Shown here: piece by piece, positions 17,744 through 27,562 of the stretch
How positions within the stretch are numbered: the first letter of the stretch is position 1
How the letters are laid out: each line of letters begins with the position of its first letter
DNA from: Patescibacteria group bacterium
GTDB taxonomy: Bacteria > Patescibacteriota > Patescibacteriia > Buchananbacterales > UBA6539
Length of the DNA: 64,000 nucleotides
Reading direction: 5' to 3'
Assembly (NCBI GenBank): GCA_034003985.1
Contig: JAVEXP010000001.1
Location: 1,574 to 65,573 of the forward strand
Notes under the pieces: model-generated
Seen by the model: the letters and a program-made list of their open reading frames with translations, nothing else
Told to the model about the DNA's origin: nothing
The model's database searches: none
Made by a program: the position numbers and the translations under genes

Positions 17744-20488
17744 ATGAGCAAATTGCCAAGAAATTCTCAAAAAAAGGTCTTTTCGACGGTTTTAGTGACT
17801 ATTCTTTCAGTCACTTTTTTTATTACCGGCATAAGTTTTATTTATGCCCAATCCACTCAGCTGAATGACAATTGGCAGGGCCCGTCGGCTAATCCGCCGC
17901 TGGGTAATCCGGCCGGGTTCATCTTTAACGCCCGCGGCCGATCTGGGGCTCAGGAGGCAGATATCAATATCAGCGGTGATTTGAATGTCGGCCAAGCCGC
18001 TCAGGTAAATTCTTTAACAGTGACTTCCGGTAATTTGGTGGCTAATCAGGATATTGATGTCAGCGGATCAGTCAATGTTGACGAAAGCATTTGTTTAAGC
18101 AGTGATTGCATTACTAACTGGGTTGATCTGGGCAATTTTTTGGATTTAACCGGTACTACCACGACATCGCCGTCTGAGTCATATTGGAATTATACCGGCG
18201 GGAATCTTATCAATAAAACCGCCGGCGCGGAGGGAACCGTGAGATTTTCCGATGCCGGCATCATTAGGAGCCAGGTTAATAATGGCGATTTTGCCACTCT
18301 TTCGGCCAGCGGCTCGGTTAACGGTTATTCCCAGCTGTCTTGGGGTAATAACAACAATTACCGATTGAGATTTTATTTTGACGGTGCGATCAGCCAGGCC
18401 GAGGTTATGACTTTGCTGGCTAATGGCAATGTCGGGATTGGGACCGCTGCTCCGGGTGGAAAGTTAGAAATTAGAACTGCCGCCGATCGCTCTCTGCTGA
18501 TTAATTCTTCCGCTGTTTCTGTCCCGGTGGATTTAAAGGCGGTCAATCCTCAAAATGCCAATAATTTAAGAGAGATGGAACTGCACGGAAATACCATCAG
18601 TCTTTCAACCGGCGCTACCAATGTGGCGGCCGGAACAAAAAGGCTGACTATAAACGAGAGTGGCAATGTTGGGATCAATACTGCTAATCCGGCGCAAAAG
18701 CTTGATGTTAATGGCGATATCCAGGTAAACAAAAGAATTATCTTTCCCCGAAAGACAACGACTGGCTTTCCCGGTGTAAATTATATTCAAACAATCAGTA
18801 ATGAAGAGAGTCCGGACAGGGAAAATCAAGATTTGGCAATTATGGCCCAAAGAAATTTATATCTCTTGATGAATGAACAGCCTTATGAGCAATTGGCCGG
18901 GGTTGGTGATTTAATTATTTCTCGGGATTCATTAGGCTATGCCGATAGCAATCCTTACTTAGTAGTTAAAAATGGCGGTAGTGTCGGTATTGGCCTAAGA
19001 AACCCATCGACTAACAGCAAATTAACCATTAATAACCCCACTGGCAACAATAAAACCGGTTTAACCATCACCAGCCAAAGCGGTCAAAATAAAATTGGCG
19101 TTGATTCCACAGTGGTTGCCGGCAACCAAAATATGGCCGGGCGCTTTACGGTGAGCGGGTCTTATTCAGCCCAAGCCAAGCTTGGCTATTCTCCTTATCA
19201 AGTCAACTTAAGCTATGGTGTTTGGGGCACAGGTACATCAGCTGGCGTCTATGGCGAAGGAATAAATGGGGTGGTCGGTTATGCCTCTAATCCATATGGC
19301 AGCATTGGCATTTACGGCTTAACCACTTATCACCCGGAAGTTAATTCGCAAGACGGCGGCAGTTCATACGCCGTTACTGCCGTTGCCCAAGGTTATGGTG
19401 ATGTTGCCGTGTATGCCGATGCCCGAGGTTCAAACGGCATTGCGATCCAAGGTGTTGGCAATAGTGATTTCAGTTGTGACCCCGGTTTACAGCCGCCTGG
19501 ATCCAGCTGTCCGCCGAATTACGGTTGGAACCAGTCTTCGTGGGCCGGTTGGTTTAGCGGTGGCAATGGGTTGTATGCTGAAAGATTATGGGTTGGTCGG
19601 AGTAGCGGGCTGACAGCCAGAATGATATCGGATGCATCGTCAGACGGGGTTAATACGGATTTTGCGGCGGCCGGAGTTTTTGCCAATAGCGCCAAGGCCA
19701 AGTATGCTTTTTTGGGGCTGGAAGGCGCAGCCGGACTTTTCTTTGGTGATGTCCAAATTTTGGGAAATATTGTCGGCAATAACACCATCACTGGCAATCT
19801 GAAAGTTAATGGCAATCTTACAGTTTCTGGTTCAAAGAGTTTTGTAATGGATCACCCGACAGATCCGACAAAAGAAATTCATTATGTTGCTTTGGAAGGC
19901 GGCGAATCGGGAACTTATGTCCGTGGTTCTGCTCAGCTGGTTAATGGCGAAGCGGTAGTCAATCTGCCGGAACATTTCAGCCTGGTAACGAGTGAACAGG
20001 GATTAACCGCCCAAGTCACGCCAACTTCAGATGTAGCCGGGCTGTATGTTGCCAATAAAAGCCCCAGACAGATAGTTGTCAGGGAAGCAAACGGCGGGAA
20101 AAGCAACGCAACTTTTGATTATTTGATCAATGGTGTAAGAAAAGGTTTTGAGAACAAACCGGTAATTATTGATAAGGAATCGGCTAAAAACGATTTAGCG
20201 CCGGTGGTTGAGGAAGAAATAGAGAATATTATTGCTCAGGCAGAAGCCGGCAATAAAGAAAGCGACAGGTATGTTCCGGCAGAAAATAATTCTTTATTAA
20301 ATAAAGTTTTGGAAAATAAAGCCTTGGAAGAAAAATTAGCTCAGGAAACGCAAGAGAGTCCTTTGCCGGAAGGCGAGGAGTCTGTAACGGATGGATCAGA
20401 TCAGCCGGTTCAGGCGGAAACGGCATCAAAACTTAATTGGTGGCAGAAATTAATTAATTTCTTCAAAGGCTTATTTAAGAGATCATAA
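17744..20488 (+). CDS. large secreted beta-rich fibre-like protein with a tail-fibre-type C-terminal module
   Basis: 914 aa. N-terminal signal anchor. G/N/S/T-rich repetitive beta-type sequence. C-terminal segment FVMDHPTDPTKEIHYVALEGGESGTYVRG matches the DHPxDPxxK...H...E module I recall from proteins annotated as tail-fibre-domain proteins. The stop overlaps the next start (TAATG). Confidence 0.6.
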   Translation: MSKLPRNSQKKVFSTVLVTILSVTFFITGISFIYAQSTQLNDNWQGPSANPPLGNPAGFIFNARGRSGAQEADINISGDLNVGQAAQVNSLTVTSGNLVANQDIDVSGSVNVDESICLSSDCITNWVDLGNFLDLTGTTTTSPSESYWNYTGGNLINKTAGAEGTVRFSDAGIIRSQVNNGDFATLSASGSVNGYSQLSWGNNNNYRLRFYFDGAISQAEVMTLLANGNVGIGTAAPGGKLEIRTAADRSLLINSSAVSVPVDLKAVNPQNANNLREMELHGNTISLSTGATNVAAGTKRLTINESGNVGINTANPAQKLDVNGDIQVNKRIIFPRKTTTGFPGVNYIQTISNEESPDRENQDLAIMAQRNLYLLMNEQPYEQLAGVGDLIISRDSLGYADSNPYLVVKNGGSVGIGLRNPSTNSKLTINNPTGNNKTGLTITSQSGQNKIGVDSTVVAGNQNMAGRFTVSGSYSAQAKLGYSPYQVNLSYGVWGTGTSAGVYGEGINGVVGYASNPYGSIGIYGLTTYHPEVNSQDGGSSYAVTAVAQGYGDVAVYADARGSNGIAIQGVGNSDFSCDPGLQPPGSSCPPNYGWNQSSWAGWFSGGNGLYAERLWVGRSSGLTARMISDASSDGVNTDFAAAGVFANSAKAKYAFLGLEGAAGLFFGDVQILGNIVGNNTITGNLKVNGNLTVSGSKSFVMDHPTDPTKEIHYVALEGGESGTYVRGSAQLVNGEAVVNLPEHFSLVTSEQGLTAQVTPTSDVAGLYVANKSPRQIVVREANGGKSNATFDYLINGVRKGFENKPVIIDKESAKNDLAPVVEEEIENIIAQAEAGNKESDRYVPAENNSLLNKVLENKALEEKLAQETQESPLPEGEESVTDGSDQPVQAETASKLNWWQKLINFFKGLFKRS

Positions 20489-22185
20489 TGGGCAAAAAAG
20501 CATTATTAACAATTTTTTTGCCGCTAATCCTAATTTTTAGTGCTTTGATTTTATCGCAGACCAGCGCCCAAGAGGTGCCGGTTTGTAATCCGGACGGCTG
20601 TAATGGCGTTTGCCCGGCGGGTTGTAGTGCTTCTCAAGATTTTGATTGCAGCGCTCAAGGTTGCTGCGGCGACAACAAGGTTCAGTCGCCCAATGGTGAA
20701 GGTAAATTTGAACAATGTGATGCCGGTTCTGGCGGATCAGAAAGTTGTACTCCGCAGTGTGGTCAAAAATTTTTAGGTTGGGCCTGGGCCGACAATTTTG
20801 GCTGGTTGTCGTTAAATAGTGATAATTGTTTGGATAAGTATTTGGAACCTGATTTTGCGGGAGCTTGCGGGGACAGCATTGATTATTTTGTTCAGGCCGA
20901 TAGCGACAATAATGTTAGGGGTTGGGCTTGGTCGGATTTGATTGGTTGGGTTTGTTTTGGGGTTCAATGCGATTCAAGCCGGATTTGTGAATTTACCCCT
21001 GGCGGGAGTTGTCCGGATAATTTGGGCGATTTAGTGCCGCCGGGCGGTTGGCAGGCGCAGATTATCCCGGATGGCACCAGTAATCCCAAGGTGGTTGGGT
21101 GGGCCAAAGCGGTCAGTCTTGGTGATCAGGGCTGGTTTTCACTAAACTGCGCCAATTCCCCCCAGCATTGTGCTGTTTCAAATTATGCCGCCGGTGTTGC
21201 GGAAGATGATTTCAGCGGGGAAAAACGATTAACCTTGACCGGTTGGGCCTGGAACAGCGCACCGGATGGTTTTGGCTTGGGCTGGCTGAAATTTAATCCC
21301 TCAATCACGACGATTTCGCCTTGGCTTCAGACAAAATATGGCGATATCTATGCCCGGGGAGGTCTAACCAGTAGTGAAGAACCGCCATCATATAATGCCA
21401 CTTACCGGATTTTATCGGGCGGAGCCGTTACTCACTTCTTGTCGGCTCGGGGTAATGAATGGATTGATTCGGAATTTGGTTTTATCAATTTTCCCACCCC
21501 TGCAACCAGATATTCTAATGTTTTAGGAGAAATTGATTTTACCAAATTGATTTGTTTGAGCGATGACGCAAGTCGCTGCACTAACAGCTATGGCTTTCAG
21601 GTTGAAAGAATTGTTGCCGCGGGTGATATTCCGTCGGTTTTGGGTGGTAAAGTTTATTATCGCCAAGGCGATTTAACCATCAACAGCCCGAAGGAATTTC
21701 TCAATGCCGCTGGTTTTACCAATGCCGCTGGCACTATCGTAGTAAACGGCGATTTAATAATCAATGCCAATTTAACTTACGATCCAACCGATCAATTGAC
21801 CAGATTTAGAAATTTGGCTTCGGTGGCTTGGATCGTCAAGGGCGATTTGAAGATATCACCGTTGGTAACCGAGCTAGCCGGTAATTTTATTGTTTTAGGC
21901 AACGGCGATAATAATTGTCTTCAGGATGCCGAAGTTGAACATTGCGGCCAGATTTATACTTGTTACAATTCAACCGATTGTCAGACCAGGTTGACGGTTT
22001 CAGGCTTGATGATGGCTCGAAAGTTTTATCTCAAACGAGAATTTCCAATCAACGATCCGGATGTTACGATCAAGGGTTCGGAAATAATTATTTACGACGG
22101 ACGGTTATTGGCCAATACGCCGCCCGGGCTGGCCGACTTTGCCCAAGCCCTGCCGATTTGGCGTTCTGAAACATTCTCGCTTTAA
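20488..22185 (+). CDS. secreted Cys-rich protein with repeated GW(A)W motifs
   Basis: 565 aa. Signal peptide, about 30 Cys, recurrent motifs LGWAWADNFGW, RGWAWSDLIGW, GWAKAV..GWF and GWAWNSAPDGFGLGW. Translationally coupled to the upstream gene. Confidence 0.6.
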   Translation: MGKKALLTIFLPLILIFSALILSQTSAQEVPVCNPDGCNGVCPAGCSASQDFDCSAQGCCGDNKVQSPNGEGKFEQCDAGSGGSESCTPQCGQKFLGWAWADNFGWLSLNSDNCLDKYLEPDFAGACGDSIDYFVQADSDNNVRGWAWSDLIGWVCFGVQCDSSRICEFTPGGSCPDNLGDLVPPGGWQAQIIPDGTSNPKVVGWAKAVSLGDQGWFSLNCANSPQHCAVSNYAAGVAEDDFSGEKRLTLTGWAWNSAPDGFGLGWLKFNPSITTISPWLQTKYGDIYARGGLTSSEEPPSYNATYRILSGGAVTHFLSARGNEWIDSEFGFINFPTPATRYSNVLGEIDFTKLICLSDDASRCTNSYGFQVERIVAAGDIPSVLGGKVYYRQGDLTINSPKEFLNAAGFTNAAGTIVVNGDLIINANLTYDPTDQLTRFRNLASVAWIVKGDLKISPLVTELAGNFIVLGNGDNNCLQDAEVEHCGQIYTCYNSTDCQTRLTVSGLMMARKFYLKREFPINDPDVTIKGSEIIIYDGRLLANTPPGLADFAQALPIWRSETFSL

Positions 22186-22223
22186 TTATTGGTCTATGAG
22201 GGTAAACGGAACTATTTATCATT

Positions 22224-23366
22224 ATGGGATTATTTTCTTCACAGCAAAGTTATTTAGGAATAGATTTCGATTCAAATAGCATTAAGTTGGTCGAATTAAA
22301 AAATGAAGCCGGTCGGCCGCGACTGGTGACTTATGGCTATTTTGATCGGGAGGTGTCACCGGAAGCGAATAATCGGACCGATGATTATTCCGAAGATACA
22401 TCTAAATTGATAAAGCAAGTCTGTGCCAAAGCCAGAACTACCACTACCAAGGTGATTACGGCTTTGCCGGCTTATTCGGTTTTTAGTTCCATTTTGAATT
22501 TGCCGGCCTTGGCCCGAAAAGATTTGGCGAATGCCGTTAAATGGGAAGCAAAAAAAGTTATTCCGTTGCCAATTGATGAAATGATATTGGACTGGAAAAT
22601 TTTGGAGAATTTTAATGGCGATAATTTAAAAAAACCCAAGTCGCAAAATGTTGACAATAATGACCTTGAAGACAAAGATTTGGAACCGAAAAAATTTTTG
22701 AAAATATCATCAAAAGCCAAGAAAGAAAATGTTAAGGTATTGTTGACTGCCGCGCCCAAGGATTTGGTAAAGCGCTACATGAACATTTTTCATTCCAGCG
22801 GTCTTAATCTGTTGAGCCTTGATACTGAATCATTCGCTTTAATTCGGTCGTTGGTGGGCAACGATCGATCGGCTTTGATGATTGTCGACATCGGTTCAAT
22901 TGTAACCAATATTTCGGTGGTTGTTAACAATATTCCAATTTTGAACCGCAGCATTGATGTGGGCGGTGTAACCATTACTAAGGCGATTGCCAACAGTCTT
23001 AATGTCAACTTGGCTCGGGCTGAACAATTTAAATATGATATTGGTATGAGCAGCGATCGGGTGGGTCAGGGCAGCGTTCCTAAAACTATTGAGACAACGC
23101 TAAGTCCAATTATTGACGAGCTGCGTTATAGTTTAGAATTGTATCGCAATCAGGGCGCTAAAGATATTGAAAAGATAATTTTGACCGGTGGATCATCGTT
23201 GTTGCTGAATTTGCCCCAGTATCTTTCTAATCTGTTGGGCTTAAGGGTATTTTTGGGCGATCCTTGGGCCAGAATAATTTACCCGGAGGAATTAAAGCCG
23301 GTTTTGGACGAGATCGGTCCAAGATTTGCGGTTGCCGCCGGGTTAGCAATGAGGGATATTGAATAA
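22224..23366 (+). CDS. pilM: type IV pilus assembly protein PilM (actin-like ATPase fold)
   Basis: 380 aa. N-terminus LGIDFDSNSIKLVELK and overall PilM/FtsA-like architecture. First gene of the pilus operon. Confidence 0.85.
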   Translation: MGLFSSQQSYLGIDFDSNSIKLVELKNEAGRPRLVTYGYFDREVSPEANNRTDDYSEDTSKLIKQVCAKARTTTTKVITALPAYSVFSSILNLPALARKDLANAVKWEAKKVIPLPIDEMILDWKILENFNGDNLKKPKSQNVDNNDLEDKDLEPKKFLKISSKAKKENVKVLLTAAPKDLVKRYMNIFHSSGLNLLSLDTESFALIRSLVGNDRSALMIVDIGSIVTNISVVVNNIPILNRSIDVGGVTITKAIANSLNVNLARAEQFKYDIGMSSDRVGQGSVPKTIETTLSPIIDELRYSLELYRNQGAKDIEKIILTGGSSLLLNLPQYLSNLLGLRVFLGDPWARIIYPEELKPVLDEIGPRFAVAAGLAMRDIE

Positions 23367-23374
23367 TAAGGTTT

Positions 23375-24472
23375 ATGCCGGAAATAAATTTGTTACCGAA
23401 TAATTTAAGATCAAAAGAAGAGCGTGAGCGCCAGTCGGCTCAGAAAAAGCCGAGGGATTTTAAAATAGAATTAAGCAATCCCAAATTAGAGAAACCTCAA
23501 ATACCCCTACGAGAGTCAAAGCCGTCCGTTTTGAGCCGGTTGTTTGCTACTAAGCTGGCGGCAATTCCTTCTCAGGACAGAACTAAACCGGAAACCTTGA
23601 TCGAATTAGGGAAACAGGAAAAAAACAGTTCTAATTTTAATGAGCCGGTGGCTCATATTCCAAGAGTTGAGGCCGCTGAACCGGTGAATAATGGAAATAA
23701 ATCCGGTGAACCTGGACGGCCGGTCGACAACGCTTCTGACAAAACTGAAAAATTACCGACGACCGAAGAAGTTAAGATTAGTCAAAAGGCCAAGCCGGCG
23801 AGTGGGGGTGAAAAAAGAAAAAAGTGGTTTCGTTTTTCTCGCGGTCAAAAAAATCATAAAAAAGATGTCAGGAATTTCAGCCGCGACGAGGTATTGGATG
23901 TCAATTTGATTCCGTCGGAATTTGCCAAGTCGCCGGAGCTGGAACTCCCCCGGAAAGTCGGTTTGACGGTGGTGGCTGGGTTTTTGGCATTGTTGCTGGT
24001 AGCAGTCGTGTATTTGGGAATAACTTGGTATCAGTTAAATATTACCAGGCAGTTAGATGAGCTGGAATCGGAAATAATTTCTCTCAATAAACAAATTGTT
24101 CAGGCCGAAATGGGCAAGGCCGATGCCTTGAAGCTACAAAAGCGGCTGGAAATGACCAAGGATTTACTTGATCATCATATTTATTGGACTAATTTTTTTG
24201 AATTATTGGAGCGCTATACTATTGAGGATGTTTATTATTTGGATTTTGCGATGTCCGGCAGAGACAAGTTGGTTATATCGGCTCGAGGTAAGGATTACGA
24301 AGCTGTCGCCAAACAGCTATTAACTTTTCAACAAGCTAAAGATTTTGTTAAGAATGTTAGTATTGATTCGGCCTCAGCCGAAATTGATCCAAAAGAAGGG
24401 AAATATAACGGGGTGAGCTTTAATGTCCATCTGGAGTTTTTCCCCGAAGTTTTTTTGAAATCAATCAATTAA
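23375..24472 (+). CDS. pilN: PilN-like protein with long disordered insertion
   Basis: N-terminus MPEINLLPNNLR matches the conserved PilN INLLP PilM-binding motif. A 170-aa K/E/P-rich low-complexity segment precedes the single TM (VGLTVVAGFLALLLVAVVYLGI), followed by a coiled coil. Confidence 0.6.
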   Translation: MPEINLLPNNLRSKEERERQSAQKKPRDFKIELSNPKLEKPQIPLRESKPSVLSRLFATKLAAIPSQDRTKPETLIELGKQEKNSSNFNEPVAHIPRVEAAEPVNNGNKSGEPGRPVDNASDKTEKLPTTEEVKISQKAKPASGGEKRKKWFRFSRGQKNHKKDVRNFSRDEVLDVNLIPSEFAKSPELELPRKVGLTVVAGFLALLLVAVVYLGITWYQLNITRQLDELESEIISLNKQIVQAEMGKADALKLQKRLEMTKDLLDHHIYWTNFFELLERYTIEDVYYLDFAMSGRDKLVISARGKDYEAVAKQLLTFQQAKDFVKNVSIDSASAEIDPKEGKYNGVSFNVHLEFFPEVFLKSIN

Positions 24473-24475
24473 TTT

Positions 24476-25096
24476 ATGCCCAAGAATAAGTTGTTAGCTA
24501 AAGACGGTAAAACTCAAACCAATTGGCAATTGAAGTTAGCTTTCGTGCGTTACTATAAGCTAATAATTTTAATTTTAGTCGGTGCAATTTTGGGGCTTGG
24601 TTATTATTTTGTGTTGGAACCTAAATATCAAGAAGTCGGGGTTGGCGGAAGCTATAATGTTGTTACTTTGAAGACCGAATTGGAAAAGCGTCGGGAGTAT
24701 CTCGGTAAATTAAAGGAATTGAATGATAATTTTTCCAGAATTAGTCCCAGTGATATCAGCCGAATAGAACAGATTTTGCCGTCCGACAAGGATGTTGGCG
24801 GACTTTTTGTACAATTTCAAAACATCGCTTTAGAAAACAATTTGTTGCTGGCGGGGATTAGCGTCAACGAAGTTCCACCTGCCAGCACTGATGCCAAGAA
24901 TTCTAATTTAAAAGAACTCAACATTAGTGTCGATTTGGTCAACTTGGGTGCGGCTGGTGACTATCGCGGGTTTAAAGAATTTTTAAAGTCAATCGAAAAC
25001 AATTTGAGAATTTTTGACACCAACGCCGTTTATTTTGATCCCGAATCGCCCAATTATTCAGTCAATATTGTTACCTATTATTATCTCAACAGTTAA
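24476..25096 (+). CDS. PilO-like bitopic protein
   Basis: 206 aa. N-terminal TM, coiled coil, position after pilN. Confidence 0.45.
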   Translation: MPKNKLLAKDGKTQTNWQLKLAFVRYYKLIILILVGAILGLGYYFVLEPKYQEVGVGGSYNVVTLKTELEKRREYLGKLKELNDNFSRISPSDISRIEQILPSDKDVGGLFVQFQNIALENNLLLAGISVNEVPPASTDAKNSNLKELNISVDLVNLGAAGDYRGFKEFLKSIENNLRIFDTNAVYFDPESPNYSVNIVTYYYLNS

Positions 25097-25099
25097 GCT

Positions 25100-25408
25100 A
25101 TGCTGGTTGCCAAAAAATTAAATGCGACAAAAAAAATAATTTTGACGGTGTTGCTGTTGGCAACTTTGGGATTGGCCGGCTATCTGGTGTATAAGATATT
25201 TTTATCGGAAAGTTTTGCGATTAATAAGCCGATTGTCGTGGATATTGATAAATTGGTAGTGCCAAAAATAAATACCGCAATGCCCAGTGATTTTTTAAAC
25301 CAATCGCCTTATCTTGATTTGAAGGCGCGCAGTTCGCAATTGCCAAGCGGGAGAGTCGGCCGGTCTAATCCGTTCGGCAAGATTCCTTTTGATTTATTAA
25401 CTAATTAA
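25100..25408 (+). CDS. small bitopic protein in PilP position, hypothetical
   Basis: 102 aa. One N-terminal TM. Lies between the pilO-like gene and pilB. Confidence 0.4.
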   Translation: MLVAKKLNATKKIILTVLLLATLGLAGYLVYKIFLSESFAINKPIVVDIDKLVVPKINTAMPSDFLNQSPYLDLKARSSQLPSGRVGRSNPFGKIPFDLLTN

Positions 25409-25410
25409 CG

Positions 25411-27141
25411 ATGTATAAAAATCAGGATCAATTGATTCAAGCTTTGGTCGCCCAAGGTCTGATTACCAATCAGGCCGCTTTGGATATTAAAGAAAAAGCC
25501 AAGGCCGCCAATCAGCCACCCGAAGTGATAATGATTAAAGAAAAAATGGTAGCGGCCGATAAGCTGATCGAAGCCAAAGCCAAATTATTGAATATTGAGG
25601 TAGCCGATTTGAAGGATCTAAAAATTGACAAGAAGGTTTTGAATTTAATTCCGAAAGAAGTGGCGGAAAATTACCAGATGATTCCTTTTCAAAAAAATGG
25701 CAATGAGCTTCGGGTTGGGTTGGTCAATCCCCAAGATTTTAAGGCGATTGAAGCAGTGGAATTTTTGGCCCAAAAGGCCGATTTAAAAGTGCGGTATTAC
25801 ATTATTTCGGTTCAAAATTTTAACAAAGGTCTGCGGCAATACCAAGAATTTGATGACGAGGTTAAAAAAGCCTTGGCGGGAATAAGCCACCAAGCGGCGA
25901 TTAGCGGCGAAGGTGATGAATCGACCAAAGAAATGGAAGAGGTGATAAAGACAGCACCGGTTTCCAAAATGGTCTTGGTAATTGTCCGCCATGCGATTGA
26001 CGGTCGGGCATCGGATATCCACATTGAACCGACTTTGAGAGATACCAAGGTGCGTTATCGAATCGACGGCATTCTGCGGACCTCGTTGGTTTTGCCAAGA
26101 TACATTCATTCAGCGATTATTGCTCGGATTAAAGTTTTGGCCAATCTAAAGCTGGACGAGACCAGAAAACCACAAGATGGCCGGATCCGGCTTAATGTCG
26201 AAGGCCGAGATATTGATTTTCGAGTTTCCACCCTGCCATTGACCGAGGGCGAGAAGGTGGTGCTGAGAATTTTGGACACTAACTCTCAGGTACCGTCACT
26301 GGAGCAGCTGGGATTTAATAAAATTCAAATTGAAACCATTAAAGAGGTCATCAGGAAACCCCACGGTTTGGTACTTTTAACTGGTCCAACTGGCTCTGGC
26401 AAAACCACTACGCTGTATACAATTTTGACTATGCTTAATCAGGAGGGGGTTAATATCGTAACCTTGGAGGATCCGATTGAATATTATATTGACGGAGTCA
26501 ATCAGTCCCAAATTAAGCCGGAAATCGGTTACAGCTTTGCATCCGGACTGAGAGCGATTCTGCGTCAAGATCCGAATATTGTAATGCTTGGCGAGATCCG
26601 TGACCAGGAAACTACCGAGCTGGTGGTTCATGCCAGTTTGACAGGTCATCTGATCTTGTCTACTTTACATACTAACAGCGCCATCGGAGCAATTCCCCGA
26701 TTGATTGATTTGGGAGGAGAATCATTTTTACTGTCATCAATTATGAATTTAGTGATTGCTCAACGGTTGGCCAGAAAAATTTGTCCTCATTGTAAAGCCA
26801 AAGTGGAAGTTCCCGAAAAACTTTTAGCAAAAATTAGAAAACAACTTGAAGGGGTGCCGGCTCAGTATTTGGAGGGTGTAGACCTGAACAAGATGGAATT
26901 TTGGCGCGGTGAAGGTTGCGCCCGATGTGGAAACTTGGGCTATCAGGGCCGCATGGCGGTAGCTGAAATAATCAATATCACTCCTGAAATGCGTGATATT
27001 ATCAATCGCGGCGGTGATGCCAATGAAATTAAAAAAAGTTTGGCCACCCAGGATTTTATCAGTTTGACGCAAGACGCTTTGATTAAGGCACTACAAGGTT
27101 TGACGACAGTTGATGAGGTGATTAGGATTTCGCAGGTTTAA
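25411..27141 (+). CDS. pilB: type IV pilus assembly ATPase PilB (GspE family)
   Basis: 576 aa. GspE-N domain, Walker A LLTGPTGSGKTTTLY, Asp box, Walker B VMLGEIRDQET, His box STLHTN, tetracysteine CPHC...CARC. Confidence 0.9.
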   Translation: MYKNQDQLIQALVAQGLITNQAALDIKEKAKAANQPPEVIMIKEKMVAADKLIEAKAKLLNIEVADLKDLKIDKKVLNLIPKEVAENYQMIPFQKNGNELRVGLVNPQDFKAIEAVEFLAQKADLKVRYYIISVQNFNKGLRQYQEFDDEVKKALAGISHQAAISGEGDESTKEMEEVIKTAPVSKMVLVIVRHAIDGRASDIHIEPTLRDTKVRYRIDGILRTSLVLPRYIHSAIIARIKVLANLKLDETRKPQDGRIRLNVEGRDIDFRVSTLPLTEGEKVVLRILDTNSQVPSLEQLGFNKIQIETIKEVIRKPHGLVLLTGPTGSGKTTTLYTILTMLNQEGVNIVTLEDPIEYYIDGVNQSQIKPEIGYSFASGLRAILRQDPNIVMLGEIRDQETTELVVHASLTGHLILSTLHTNSAIGAIPRLIDLGGESFLLSSIMNLVIAQRLARKICPHCKAKVEVPEKLLAKIRKQLEGVPAQYLEGVDLNKMEFWRGEGCARCGNLGYQGRMAVAEIINITPEMRDIINRGGDANEIKKSLATQDFISLTQDALIKALQGLTTVDEVIRISQV

Positions 27142-27174
27142 TATTTAATCATAAGAAATAATTGATTCAACATT

Positions 27175-27552
27175 ATGTCCGAGAATAAATTAATCTTGTT
27201 GGTTGAAGACGACGAATTTTTGTCGGAATTGTATGCCACCAAGCTGGGGTTGGAGGGATATGAAGTAATTTTGGCTTCTGACGGTGAAAAAGGGTTAAAA
27301 TTAATCAAGGAAAAGCAGCCGGACTTGATTTTGCTCGACATTATTTTGCCCAAGCTGGACGGTTTTGAGATTTTATCCAAAATTAAAGCCGACAAAATTT
27401 TGAAAAAAATTCCGGTGATTTTGTTGACCAATCTCAGCCAAAAAGATGAAGTCAAACGAGGGCTTGATTTGGGAGCAGATGATTATTTGATTAAAGCTCA
27501 TTTTATGCCTTCGGAAGTAGTTAAGAAAATTAAGCAGGTTTTAGCCCAATAA
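27175..27552 (+). CDS. stand-alone CheY-like response-regulator receiver domain
   Basis: 125 aa. DD pair (LLVEDDEF), phospho-acceptor Asp (LILLDI), T (LLTNL) and K (DYLIKAHF) all present. No output domain. Confidence 0.85.
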   Translation: MSENKLILLVEDDEFLSELYATKLGLEGYEVILASDGEKGLKLIKEKQPDLILLDIILPKLDGFEILSKIKADKILKKIPVILLTNLSQKDEVKRGLDLGADDYLIKAHFMPSEVVKKIKQVLAQ

Positions 27553-27562
27553 TTTTAAACTC

